Source of the DNA: Tubulanus polymorphus
Lineage: Eukaryota; Animalia; Nemertea
NCBI RefSeq assembly: GCF_964204645.1
Contig: NC_134027.1
Span: forward strand, 9,642,485-9,706,484
DNA length: 64,000 bases
Direction of reading: 5' to 3'
In this document: piece by piece, positions 29,158-43,400 of the stretch
Numbering within the stretch: the stretch's first letter is position 1
Layout of the letters: each line of letters begins with the position of its first letter
The notes under the pieces: generated by a model
The model's database searches: none
The model's input: only the letters and a program-made list of their open reading frames with translations
What the model was told of the DNA's origin: nothing
Program-made: the position numbers and the translations under genes

Positions 29158-30302
29158 GAGATACATTTTTACACATGTTTTCGAATTCGCCTTTGTAGCA
29201 TAGACCATGTTCATGCAACATCCCCGGGCATGGGTATATCAAGGAAAATCAGAAGGTGTAAGTCCAAAACGAAGGAAGGGCTATAAGGCCAAACAGCCAC
29301 GTCGAAGGCCGCAAGTGGGTTGCGTTAGAAAATTCCTGAAATAGTTTTCAATATGCAGGTTTTGATGACCTCCCTCTCTCTATTTCTCTCTTGACGAATA
29401 GGGAAACCTCAAATCCACAAAATGCCCTCTTGATCCGCCACCGAGACTGGGCCAGCTATCGAGATTATTGTCTTACAGTCGTTGTCAAGCTGGGCCGATA
29501 GCGCGATCTTTATGTTCACGTAGATACAATACCATATTCGATATTTCTCATATTTCTGCCCTACAAACTCTATTGTTGTTCCTATGTTTAATTTTCTTAA
29601 GTTTTCATTTACTTTGCAGAAAACCCTATTTTCTTATTTCCCGATGATTAGGGTTTTCTGTCCGAAACAAGATTATTGCTCGGAAATGCAACTGGTTTCG
29701 GAAGTGCCTCTTTAATACGGCAATGTTCAGAATCGAGTGAGTGGTTTACGCTTGACGTGCTCTCTCATTAGACACGGGCCAGATTTGATGTTTAAGATTT
29801 CAGCTTGATACGAACGTGAAAGTCGTCCGCAAAGACCCTAAGTTAATTAAACGCCATCGAGTGCATTTTAGCATATTTGCAGACACGTTTAAATAACGCT
29901 GCCCTGCAGCTATATTCTCTCTTTTTATTTCGACTCATCGACAGCTTAATGAATACTATCAAATATGCATTTTAATTATACATAAAATACAAAAATACCA
30001 AATGAAATACCCAACATATCTACAGTACGTAACAATCGCTTCTCAATGTTGTATTTCATAGCACGTATCCATGTATCCATTTTGTGAAAATTTCACAAGA
30101 AAACTCCAGTTCTGTTCCACGGGGACTGACACACTGACTATAACGATAACAATTCACAACCCTAAAAAAGTTTAGTGACATTTCTAGCTAATTATGTTAA
30201 TGAAAGCACAGTTATTGTGACAAATATTGCAGTTTTTGTAGCATTTCTGTAATGAAATGAATGATGATATTTGAGTCCTCGGATGCGACAACGTTTTGTT
30301 CT

Positions 30303-31831
30303 TTATAGGTACTGATTTGCCACTTTATCCGGTGTAGTCGGCGTAGCAAGTGGAGACTCGGGCACCGCCGAACTGCGACGACGTCCGCGCAGAATCAACG
30401 AAAGTCTCGGCGCTGTAAACGGTTCATGGGTTCGCCGCACCACCCAGACTAGTGTCACCGCCAGTATTACCACCAACACGATTATACACACCAGAGTCGC
30501 GATAAGAATTTTCGACAGGTTATCTGTAAGGAAAAATTATGCTTAAGTTCGAGTTCGTTTGTTTCACGGAAAGCGTGACGGGCTAAATACAGAGATTAAA
30601 GGAAAGGACGAAAAACAAACAATGAAATTTACAATTTTCAACAAGCACATTTTTAAAAGAGGGAAAGAAAAGAAACCTTCTGTGTGGACCAAGCAAGGCC
30701 CTTAGGTCGCTGTAAAAAGGGAAATGAAAAAGAAACAACAAAAGAAAAAGAAATGAGAATTGATAAATGAAATTAAATCAATAATAACGGGTGCGCCTAT
30801 GCATTACATGAGGTGAGTTTTTAAGCCACGAATATTAGGAAGGGCGAAATCACGCCGAGACTTATTAGCGTTAATTGGATCGGCTCGTAATTCATTGTCT
30901 GGGTAATTAAAAGGCTGTAAAACGTTAATTGCTATTTACTTGCAAATGCATGAGTCGATAGCCTGGAAATAGAAACTATCGTATAATCGTATAGTTGAGT
31001 ATTAAGCAAATAAGATCTAAGCATTGTTAGAAAATGACATGACAGATTTAGGCCTACGTACTAATTTAAAACGTATGCTGGTAAACCCCGGTTTTACGTA
31101 CTAATATTAATATATATATAATATTATTGAAAATCAATTGAGTTAAGCCCCGGCGTTAAAGTTAACACCTGTCTAGAAAACTGGTCCCAGGAAATTAAGC
31201 CCGTAGACCATCTTCGATGTAATAGTAGATTTAACGAAAATCGGTGACCATCAAACCCCCTCGAGTCAATATACGTACTGTTTACTGATTTCACAACAAC
31301 GAGATCATTTTCATCTTCTTGATTACTCAGGTCAGCTGTGTTTTCGGTTGTCCGTATGACTTGTGACGAGGGCACAGTGGCACCGTTGACTATGTCCACG
31401 TATAAGGTCGAATTGACCCGGCAACCGAGAATGATATTTACAGAATGCACATGTATGACGTCTAAGTTCGGCGAATAAGCCAGACACAGACGTGCATTGC
31501 CAGACGCCTCGACAGCCTTCAACGACGGCAACTTTTCTAGCAATTTCAGCACGTCGACAAAGTCTAAACTAAAGAAATCGTTACCGCTTATATCCAAAGT
31601 TTCGTAATCCAAATGGGTTCGCAAAAATTCGATGGACGTGATATTTTTGTTTGAACAGTCGATGTAGCTGCTCCGTCTTCGGAATGTACATATTTTTTCG
31701 GCGTATTTCACCTCGGCTGCCGTGGCAGAAGCTTGCGGTATTAACTTCACGACGAACGTTAATGCGATAAAATGTGCTACTACAGAAATTCCTAGCACGA
31801 ACGAAATTCCTGAAACGTAGTTCGGTATCAT
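30303..31831 (-). CDS. Small LRR-containing single-pass membrane protein; exons ~31831-31248 and 30523-30303
   Basis: Hydrophobic N-terminus; LRRNT-like ICTF...IDCSNKNITSI; LRRs TLDISGNDF and LPSLKAVEASGN; S/T-rich stalk. Exon 2 follows the acceptor tttccttacag and gives TM ILIATLVCIIVLVVILAVTLVWVV-RR and a short tail. The exact donor is uncertain. Confidence 0.7.
31133..31188. mobile_element. Half copy of palindromic MITE family C in the LRR-gene intron
   Basis: caattgagttaagccccggcgttaaagttaacacctgtctagaaaactggtccc aligns with 58085-58139. Confidence 0.6.
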
Positions 31832-33429
31832 TTTTTACCGTGAAGAAATTGTCTATCGAATGTGAATATCGAGAATGTATCTGTTAAACCGATACCCAAG
31901 GAACCGCGTCAGGTTGTACGGGCAACATCGAACGTCGATTCCTAACAATCAATCGAATACCACATCACTCCATTACGCTAAGTATGTCTGTAAACTAATT
32001 AGCGTACATAACTCTTGATTTGTTCAAGTGATTAATGGCAGCGTTTTACTATGCTGTCCATCGGTTGTTACATCCTAGTTACGCTATATATTACATTATA
32101 GAAGGCTTCTGTTTACCCGATTTACATGTATTTGAACCAGAATAATGATATCACAAGAGTGTTCGCTGTCGGTGTTGTCACTACTGAATTAGATCGGGTA
32201 TCCAGATGAAATTCTTCGTTATATCTACAAAGAAACTCCGTGACCAGCCAGTAATCGACTTAAATGCACTGTAATATATATCCAAGTTCACGTTCCATCT
32301 TCGTTTGTTCAGCAAAGCACTATTCCCACGGATCTAAACACTTCCTAACCACTTCCTATGTATTGTGTCGAATACGATGTTATTTCCAACCCAAATGACA
32401 AATAGCAATTTCACAAAGACATATCCACTAGAATCCACCGATAGTATGAAAAATACAAGCAATACAAGACATTGCACTACGCTTCGTGGAACTGAGTGAA
32501 TCCTGGCCGAGTGAAAAGCGACTGCCACGCTATATTTGGAAGTTTGCGGTTTTTTGGTCCACCACCTACGTCGGTGTTTGGGTGCGGACGTCCGCAGATG
32601 TTGAAACAAGGATGGATTCTGCTGTGGTGGAAAGAATTTCCGCGAAACGAGCCGGTTGCAAAACACTAAATAAACCGTAGTATAAGTAGAGTGCTTGTAT
32701 AACATGCTCAGCACTGTATGCAGGTTTGCGTGCTACATCAACGAAGTAAACTGCAATCGAGAACCGAAATAGATATACGTAAGAATGTTATAGTATCTGA
32801 AGGATGAAGAGGAGTAATCCTCATTTCAGGAGCGTTTTCTGAGGTTTTCTGACCGTCAAATTGCTTAATTTGCCCAGTACCCAATGCACGGTAATTAAGC
32901 CAGTCCCAAACTCAAAACTCAGACATACCATGTACTAAAAATACTACTACTACTTATCGATTGCAGATAGTAAAAAGCATGTTACAGTTTAGTCCACTTA
33001 AACAATATCTATACTGTTCCTGGCGTGCAATTAAAAATGGACCTACATCTAATTTCATTAATAACAAAACCTTCCCTAAACAAAGCATCGTGAGGTTGAT
33101 GATTGGAGGACTGACTCGCCCGAACATGTTCTGAAATCCACTTCACACCGAAGTTGTTACTTCCTTTTGATCGTGTTATTCCGTTCCACCATATAGACGT
33201 TAATCGTATCAGAAATAAACTATATTCTCATTGCAATCCATCAAATTTTCAATCTAATGTTTTATTTATTGAATGGGTAGGAAATAAGGGCAGCCATTAG
33301 ATAAGAAATATTTCGTCTTCTCGCGCCAAAATGGATTTCGAAAGAAAGTTAGTCATCTTCTTTGTTGTTTTAGCACCAAAACGAGATTCGGATTAATCAT
33401 TTTGATTTTCAAATAGGGATTGTCCTCGT

Positions 33430-33582
33430 AGTTTTTTGATTGGTAGCTTTGATTTGATTTGATTTAGTGTCTACTGAAGCGAAGCAGGGTTTGATTGAGA
33501 ATTCGTTCGGAAATCGAAGTACAATTTTCTATTTAACCGGTAAAACTAATAATTCAGATCCATCACACCTGCCGGGAGCGAA
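33430..33582. repeat. Dispersed repeat fragment (inverted homolog at ~57432-57507)
   Basis: cacacctgccgggagcga matches the inverse of tcgctcccggcaggtgtg, and ttggtag...tttgattt.gtgtc matches the inverse of gacaccaaatcaaa...ctaccaa. Confidence 0.55.
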
Positions 33583-34327
33583 ACAGGGGGTTGTGTGATC
33601 GGCGGTCGAGCTTACAGAATTTTTTGTTTAAATCGAAGTTCATAATTGGGAAATTCGGTGTAAGCGCCGCGATCTAACGGACAGTGCGTTGTTAGATCGT
33701 ATTAGTCTGCCAGAAAGACGACCGTACGATTTACGTCGTCTTCGCTTGAACCATATGAGTTTAGCTGACACCCATCCTCGCTTTTCTAGGCCTGACAGAA
33801 TACAACGAGTGTACAAACTTCGGTGGAAATCTTCAGTTCAAATGACAATGTTCAAAAACTACTTAAATCTACTAAGTCTTTTTGTCTCTAACATTTTCTG
33901 TTAACAATCCATATCAATATGTATGCATTTGTATGTGTATGCATGTATGTATATCTAACTACCGGATCTCTGACGGGTCATCTGACGTATTTTCAGTGCA
34001 AAAGAAAACGAACAATCCCACAATCGATGATTTTAAGAGTTCATTTTCTGGCAGTTTCGAGATCTAAATCCTGTAATCAGAGAAACAGTCACTTTTCCCA
34101 TCGAAACGTGGAATCGTTCATCACCAAGATGCATTATGCATTCGCTTGTCGATAGAATACAACTAAATTCAATGACCAAATAACACCACCGTCTAACGAA
34201 AATGGTCGCTCATAATGGTGAATATTTTAAGATTATTTCGAAATTCAACTCTAAGATGTTTTAGTTTTGAGTTAGATGGTGGTTTCTTTGATGGCGTAAA
34301 AACCGTTTAAGTAATGTTTATATACAC

Positions 34328-34470
34328 CTAGTATGCGTTATATAAGCGGTTCTGTGTGAGTCGATGTGCACTACGTCATCAATATTGGCGTTTCAAATTA
34401 ACAATTTAGAATTTTGGCGTTTATTTTGTAATTGAATATATTTCGAAACTCTTATTTATTTTTTGATTTT
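34328..34470. repeat. Dispersed repeat (inverted homolog at ~49375-49531)
   Basis: cggttctgtgtgagtcgatgtgcactac...aatattggcgtt...ttttggcgtttat...ttgaatatatttc is the reverse complement of the 49.4-kb segment. Confidence 0.8.
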
Positions 34471-37400
34471 TGAGAGGATACGTCATCAATATATCGGGGC
34501 AAGACTGGTTGACGGTGAATTTATTTCAATCATAAATCGGTATATTCAAATGCAAAATAACTTTGTTGATCCTCAATATTTTATAATTCATATCATATTA
34601 GCTATTGTCAACAATACTAAGCCATGTATGTGTCAAGGCTTCAACAAACCTTCAAGTTAGTTTCCTTGGTATGCATTCAAATCGAAATCTAATGTTGTAT
34701 GTTATGAAACGTTTATAGTGTACGTTTCATTCTTTTTGAGTAGGTATTTTAAAGGTCTTTTAAAAAGGAGATGGCGCAGTTTATATTACTACACATATAT
34801 TATTGTATCGCGATTATTTTCATTCCAAATTACCACACCTGCAAAATGCATGCGGCTCTTGATTCTCTAGTGATGGCAGGCCGATATCTCCTATTACGTA
34901 ATCATTAGATATCGCAGTTATCGATACCTATACCTGCATGCATCACTCAAACGATAATAGACTATTCGTTTAGCGAACATGTCTCGCATTAACAAAAAAA
35001 ATGTGCTGTTCCACCTGGATAATTGGTATTCTAACGTAATTAAGAGCCCCCTTCAGTTGGGGCTGGGTGTTTCGTAATTTTGAGAAAATAGATCGGCGGA
35101 GGACAGTTCCTCGTAAAAAGTAATCGCATAATGACTAATGAGGTACCCGCACCACTACTGTGACAATCGATGATTCCACGTATGGCAGGCGAGGAACCAA
35201 CAGGTTCGCTAGTAGATAGTTGGTCATCCGCGTTTGATCTCTTCTACATTTCAATTAAAACTAAATGAACTCCAATTATTGATAAAGACTATACCGATAT
35301 CTGAGTAGATTTATGAATTTATGGTATATTTGGTGGGTCCTGTGATGTTGTGTGCGATTCGGGAGCCTAAAAATATTCGATTCAAATTTCATTGAAAATT
35401 GACTGATTTTGACAACGGAAGACCTACTGCTCGTCACGCCATCTGATAGGATAGCTGTAGTCGCGGGTTCCCCATTCCGAAGCCCATAAAAATACCGATT
35501 CGTAGAAGCTGCTACTGGAGTGTTGATGTAGCCATACGAAAGTGTTAGATATTCTACATTAGTGATATACAACGTTTTTAATCGTATAGAATAAGAACTA
35601 TCGTAATCATGAGTGAAATTCTAGTTGTAAAAGAACGAGAATTTCAGATTCGTTTTCACGTTGCGAGGATCAAAACAATCAGGTTTTACTCATCGAAATT
35701 TACATAATTTTTACTATACGAGACCGCTTGAAACGGGGTCTGCAAAATGGTACCATTGTTCATAGCGCGCCCGTAGTATATACTTGTTCCGGTGACATCG
35801 AGTGGCCCTTCAAAATATTTCGCATTATAGTTTATCCACACACTCCAATGGCGGATACCATTGGCGCTCAAAAAATTTAGGTGCCAATTGACTTGAGGGT
35901 GCACTTCACCAATTTTTCCTGTGAAAACTGCGCTTTTCTGTTTGCCGAATTTTCATTGTATTGTTCACTTATCCGTTAAATCCATACATAAATTAATAAT
36001 GATACCGCAAACTGCAAATGGCTTCGTTCGTGCGAGTGTCCATCGCGCTATTGTCTAAGCCAGTCGTGAGCGCGTTTAAGTGTTCGTTCATCATCTTCTC
36101 GAGTGTTCAATTTTCGAGTTATTTTATAATCGGTACATTACACCGGTTAAATCAATTTCTACGCGCGATGAAGTGTCTCGTCCCGGCGGACATATTCCTT
36201 TTTAAATACGTACGGCGGTATAGTTCCATTTTAAGGTAAAATGACATACATTATGCATGTACATGTACGCAATTTTCACCACTTCATGAAAATTGTCGAT
36301 AAATCCGACGGTTATTGTCCTAATGCACTGAAGTAGCGGGTTTCTATCTAGCCAGAAATTCCAGACAGTCATTGTATTCGATCGGCCATCGTGTTTCGCT
36401 CCATTTTCAGAATTGGGGCAGCGTGTGATTTGGCTCTTTAAAATAGCGTGACGTATCAATGGGATGGTTTTTTTTTCATACTCTGTTAGATCGAAAAAAA
36501 AAGCTGATGCAGACGTGGCTTATGGTCATTAGCATAGCTAACGTGAATACCGGCATATGTTATCGGCGACCATATCCAATGCAACTTCGCAAATCACTTG
36601 ATGGCCCGTACGATTTGTAAAATAGAGAAATGAACACAAGTGGTGTTGTTACTAAAAGTATAACATGACACTTGACTTAAATGCGTCTGTAGTTTGTGTA
36701 GATACAATAACATAACTCGATATTGAGTGTCGTAACCAGTCCAAACGGCGCCAACAAGTAGACAGACGTTGCGTCCGGGCTGGCTCGCTCATTGGTCGAT
36801 TGTTGAAAATACATCTTATTTGGATCGAGCATCATGTCAGATTTATATTTTTTCTTTTTTTCCGATATGGAAATATTAAATATGGATATATTACTAATTA
36901 TGAAAACACAGCTGTATAAGGGTAATATTGATTACGTCTGAATTAACGGATATTAGAGATACTGATCCCGTTCTAACGAGCGAGCAGAGAGTACGCGATT
37001 TTCTTCGGCCTTTTCAGTTTCGTTAAAAATCTTTTTCAACGAATCCACTTCAATCGTGAAAATGAAATTGATGCAAATTACAAATTGGTGATTTGATGAA
37101 TTTGAAGAAAAAACTAGTAGAAAAATTCATTATATATTCATGCAAAATTCGCTACTATACGTAAGTGTTCTTACGCGGAATAATATCAGTGGACTATCAT
37201 TGGTGATAGTCTTTTACTCTGAACGCGTTTATATACTGAAGTAGCCCGTAACGCGTCAATGAATTTTTACGGAGCATCCTGTTTGTTTGTTAACGCCAAA
37301 GCAACGAACGAACTTAAGCGAAATAATATTGACAACAAACGCCAAGCTCGATAATCGTAAAACGCGTATCCTTATGTATAATGAATTTAATTTCGGCATT

Positions 37401-40400
37401 CAAATGACAACAGAACCCTCTTGACGAAATGTCTGTTTTCACCAACTAATGGTAACTATTGTGCGACTGAGCGAACAAAGAGTCCATAAGAGGCAATCAG
37501 CTATACTTAAAATATGCTGGAGAGAACTTCACCAGTCCTTGACGGCGCCACAGCCTGCTTAAACGGCCTGAGCGACTGGAGTTTCCTTCCCTCACAAATC
37601 GTTTCACCGGCCTCCTAAAATATGTACTACGTTACGCATCTTTATGATACTTGATTCGAATAATCTCCAGGCGATTGTGTGTCGTTCATCTTCCAATGCT
37701 TTTATACTCGCGCAGACGTTAAGTGGCGCTTCGGTCTACGGGGTGACCCAAAAAATCGAGACGAGAGTCCCTTTACCATGAAGTTTTGGGAACGTTTTGA
37801 TAAGATCTTATTAGAAAGTCCCCCATTGTGCAAGACCTCTCGGCATATTCTGGATTTGGGTATAGTTCCCAGCTTCCGAGTTCATATGCGTACATCGGAG
37901 TTGCGGAAGTAGGTAGGTGAGCTGATATAAACCCAAAAGTGACTTTCGCTATACTTTTCCATGTTGTTCTGACTCTGATTTTCGATCTGATCGCTCCTTC
38001 CGATGCAAACGTTCAACTGCGCCCTGCAGTACAATAGCGGCGCATGGCGCGTGTCATTATCTCTGAATAGTGTCAAACGCTTTTTTGTCTTTCGACAAGT
38101 ACGTATGCCGGATCAACATGCCAATCACGTACATTTTGAAATCTAGATATCTTCGATTGCTAAACGAAAGGCGACGACAAGTTGGATATCAAGGATCAAC
38201 ATTAAACACTAGACGGTGACTCCATTACGAGTCAAGACACGACTTATATCTCCGAAAACAATTAGAATTCGTACTTGAAGTTATTCTTGAATTCGAATAT
38301 GGGTGGATTTAATTGTACCGAGTGTCAACGAGCGACGCGCGGACTGCAGAAATTAGGCGCCGTTTCTGTACGAGGCCTGAATTCGAAATTATCGAGGTGT
38401 TGATGACAAAGACGAAGTTTCATTTGATCACGATTATATATGTCAAAAACCAACCGTCGTTGTCTTCGGCGTCGTGATCTCGGATCAAACTGAACCTAAA
38501 CCTTTTTTTCGAGTATATGGAATATGACTTGCATGCATAATAGGGCAGAAGTATAGTCATATAATACAAATACATGTATCGAATATGTTAATGGGAAATT
38601 TGAAATAAAAACGACGCTGCACCAGATGAAAGATATTTCGTTGTTGACGCAGATAACGAATTACGTACGTGATTAAAATCAAATTCCACGAAGTAACGCA
38701 GGCATTACATTTTTGCACGAAATTTTGGCGATATAAACCATCAAGTTGATTGGATAGAAAACGTGTTAAAAGACTAAACCATCTCGCAAAAGAAAATCTT
38801 GTCATGAATGACCTGATCCTTCGGAGTGGAAACTGAAAGGGCGGATCTGTGATTCTTCGAAGGGGTTGTACCTGCCAAATGAATAGGGCACTTAAGGGCA
38901 GATTTGGCAACGTGTGGGCATAGCATCGGTTGGAGTTTTGGTGTCCCTACCACAGAACATTGAAGAAAAAAGGGGCTTTCCTGGCCATTAGCGCCCTTAA
39001 ATCATATCTTTGTTTTTTTTTACAATTGCCTAATACCAAAATACATATGTATATTCGCATATTTATGCTTTTTCGATAGTGCACTTCATTTAGAATAGCT
39101 TGAACTTGATATTGACCACCAGCCCCCCCCCCCCCCCAATATGAAGAATCATGCTAACACCAGAGGTCTTGTCATATTCTCGTGGCTTTTTGTTCGTGAA
39201 TATCGACTAGTCACAACATAATGATAATGATAACCATGTCTATTTCATTCGACACTCCATGATTTATTCATCTCTTTGTCAGTTCGTTTTTGCTCGATCG
39301 CTCGTACTGAATTCACGATGACCTGTACTAAATACATTTTGGGAGATAATGGGCACACATTATTTATTTCGATCTGAGATCAAAATGCGATTTTCTTTTA
39401 TCATATGAAAATATAAATATACCCTTAGGGTAAATGTACTAAGGGTCACCACTGAGTTATTGCAACACTATAATCGTTTTTTAATGTAACGATATTATAA
39501 CGATGATTATTCGATAATTCGCGACGTGGTAAATCAACTATTTCAATAGGGTTCGCTTATCCATGGATAGAGATAGCAGTATCCCCGAAACTTATTAAAC
39601 AAATTGAGCATGTTGTTTGTAATAGAGAAAAAAATTGCGACCGACGATATTTCGATTTCAAAACTTAATTTCTCGACTTCTTAAAAAGGGAATTTCAACG
39701 GTAGCCAGAGCTATCAACAAGAGCAACAGATTCGACCAGTTTTTATATATGTAGGCCTAAAGAGGGCCGTATCGTATGTGCATTCACCAATAGTGTATGT
39801 ATATATTGTTAATAACTCTATATGTTGTAAATAATCGTTATATTTTATTAAGACAAGTTTATATTTTCTGTTAATTGTTAAATTGCATACTTTATATAAG
39901 TCTCCCTCCGTGTACCATAGAAATGGTTGGAGTACAAATAAAATCCTAATCTTAATCCTAATCACCTAGTGTATTTGAAAATATAGGGCTAAATGAAAAT
40001 GATACTTCGTTTCTCGAAATATACTGGGTTATTTTTTCAAATGCAATTAAATTTGTAATCAGTTCAAATAGCTGCCGAGTGTGTTTATGGTAACATTGAT
40101 CACGATTTAAAAAGAAATAATGTCCAGGGTAGATTCGTAGGTGGCAGACTGGGTCAATTTTTAAACTATACAGAAAAGAGAAACAATTTATCAATTTTTT
40201 GCCTAATCGGAATATGTTACGTGGATTGGTAAATGAAGAGGTTGTATATAGATATAAATACTTTTCGCCGGTAGGTGCGCGATTTCTTATTCAGATAAAA
40301 CTGCGACGTTCAAATGCCATTCCATAATGAAGGGTAAATAATAGCGTTTGCTAGTGTAACGTTATCGGCGATAATAGCCATTTTACATGATTTTTCGTAT

Positions 40401-43400
40401 GTTCCGTGACACCTACTGGGCCGACACGTAGCCTTACACCGGTCGCCCGGGTCAATCGGTGCTGAAAACCTTCAACTACTTCCAGAAAATTGTGCTCTTT
40501 TGTAATGTAGAAACAAATGTCAGTATTGTGCGACCCGTTTTTCTCTGGCGACGAGTGGCAAATCGCTCCGAAATATTGTCCTCCAAACGACAGACGATGA
40601 CTGACAGCGCAGCATGTGGTCATCGTTGGAACTACGGTTCCCGCTGCTACCCATATTGCGTCGCTTTCAGCGCGCATTCTCGGCAACCAAAACATACATC
40701 CCTTGAACCGATGAATTTCTAGAGAGACCCTATTTCTTTGTGTTTTCTATGAGGCGTTTGTCAAAATTGTTGCGAATATGTGGGTAATTTATTATTGACT
40801 GTTTTGTTCGTTCAGAATTCCTCCTCCACAATCTTAAAGCCCAACAGTTTCCACCTACCTCAATACTTCACAGCAACGAACCGATCATGAATTTGAACAG
40901 GAATATATATAATTTATCCATAACCAACCATTATATATCGTGCTTACACCGTGTTGCTAAAGTCACTTAGACAATGTTATAGGATTTTGACTGTGTGTAG
41001 GATGGTTTCGCATACATGTACCATATAAGCATGGCAAGTTTTTATTCAAATCACGGAGGAGCTAGGTGAATATTGCGAGACCACCCGCAAAAAGTGTTAT
41101 TCGATAACTCTTGGCATTTCTGGGAGTGACTGAATACTTTGCATCAGCGTCATGCGTACGTTAGTTTTTAGAACTAGTAGTTTAGTAAGGATATATTTTA
41201 CCCAAATGTCGTGCTAATTTCGTCCGAAATAATATACTTATTGTATGTATCTTGAAAAGCAACATAGTCAAATAACTTTGAATTCGCCTATACGGGATAT
41301 GTGCTTTCTACCAACTTTTTCATACTCGGCGAGACCAAAGGTAAAACAAATTGTGATCGGTGTGGATCAAGGGGTCCTCTCGCAATGAGTGGTCTTAATA
41401 TGTCAAGAACCCTTCGAATTAGTTTATGAGAGTCCCCTTTCTGTTCCGGGCGGCGAATGCATTTTGCGAACGACGGTCTCGTCGAGCTTAGAAACGGTGC
41501 TTATAACATTTTTGGGAACCCATGTTTCCTAATTCAGGTGATGTGATTTACGTATCCACACAGCTAAATGAGCAGAGGAACCTTTTATCTAATCTATCAA
41601 TTTAGTAAATACTTTTTCATCAAAATGTTGATCGATGTTTTCCCAATCCGGCAAGAAATGAATGGAAAAGTAGCGATCTACGTCTATCAGAAGAATCCCT
41701 GATGAGATTTACGTATAGCAGTAGATACAATTTTAAAAGAAATTATTTCATCATTATCATTTCATCTCAGTGATTCTTTATACATGTTACGCTGAACGCC
41801 GGTTATAACCTGTATTACATAATTCCGTAAGCTTTATCGAAGGCAGAATTACGACACCAACAAGAGCAAGCAGAGCATTTTGTTTCGCAGTAACAAATGA
41901 GAATTACGAAATGGCCAACTGTAACTGCGCGCAGCATGGAACAGCGGTTGTCATAATTATCACGCGGTCAGAAATTATGAAAAAATCCGAGTACATGGGT
42001 TGGAAAAGCGTTTGTAGCAAAGAAACTGAACGAGTGGCTATACGTAATCGCAGTAACAACCGCAATGTTTGGCCATGTTTTATTCACAAAAAAGTATATA
42101 CCTGTTAGAGGTACAACACATCCTGGCTTCAGCTGGAGGTACAACACGTCCTGGTTTTATAGAATCCTGGTGCCTGGCCCGACCCCTCATTGCAACCAAC
42201 TCTACGTCACCTCTGAAGCAGCTAATCATTCGACTAAAATGTATTGATTCACTTGATCATTGGGGTCTGTAAATATTGTTCTTGTGTGTAGAACCAGGGA
42301 TGTGGGAGTGAACTGGTAGACCTAAGAAATTTGGCTTTCCTATAAAAGTTTTCGCCCACTGTTTACAATCTTATAGATTCTTGTTCGTGCAGACGAGATT
42401 TCATTTTTTCATCCAAGATGGCCGTCGGTCGATACAGATTTTTATGGATTCAGTTTTGAAAAGAAAACAATAGTTAAACAGTTTTTAATTTGTTTAAACC
42501 GTACAATCTAATGACTGTATTTACATATATGATAGAACAAGAACTAATTTGCAAATTAGAGTTAAGGCCTACAAGATTTTCAAGTGTTTGGTAGTGATGT
42601 ATTAAAAAACTCGAATCGACAGACTGAACAACTACAGAGGCGCCTGATACATCGATCTGGAATAAATTATGAACATACGACAACAGACCCGCCCTTCGCA
42701 ATAATGTTTTTGATGAAAGTGTGTGCGTCTTGAATGTATGTCAGCGTTTACTTTTATTAGAAAACCACGATTTTGACAGCGTCGCATCTGTCAACGGTAC
42801 AGCTTCATTTTGAACGAGAGGGTCTTGTGTCAAAAGCACTATTCGCTGATATATTTGTTTCATGGCTTCTGGGACTTTCTCACAAGACCATCATTAGTCA
42901 CTTAGTCATTTGTCATATTACAATGATAATAACAATAATGATAATAATAATTTGTTTTCTTGTTACTATCGCTCATCTAAGTTTATAGAAATGATCTGTG
43001 AATTTTTTGATATCAAAACTGGTATCATAGTACATATCATGATAAAGTTTAAATACTACACGTGTTGCCGAACAGTCTATTTTCTAGAGTATAGAAATAT
43101 CTCTTTGGGAATCACGCCTATAGTCACTGATTGAAGCACCCGTTTAAACCCTGTCCTCGGTGAAAAGACGGTGTCGGTGTGTCACAGTGTCTGCGCATCT
43201 GTTACATCTTCAAGTAATAAGGTTGCATAAAGGGCGTTGCCTCCGTAGTAACATTCAGACGTCTTTTAACTGAAAGCTGTGACTAGGTCTAGTATTGTGT
43301 ACGATTGTATTGAAAATGTCGTGCGGCCAGTGAAAACATAGGGGAAAAAATCCGAAAACAAAAGCGCCAAGTAATTCCTCAAGGGATCCACAGACGGTCA

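Noticed and set aside
31124-31247. C-terminus of the 235-aa ORF as real protein
   Set aside because: It reads through into a MITE half copy; the TM exon at 30523-30303 is the more plausible continuation.
36630-36652. miR-317-like sequence TGAACACA...TGGTG
   Set aside because: Only a partial match, with no complementary arm nearby.
37671-37912. Possible + strand exon (AG...GT bounded, open frame)
   Set aside because: No recognisable domain or neighbouring exons; compatible with chance.
41330-41455. Possible decayed SINE core
   Set aside because: Only a vague resemblance; no clear A/B boxes or second copy in the window.
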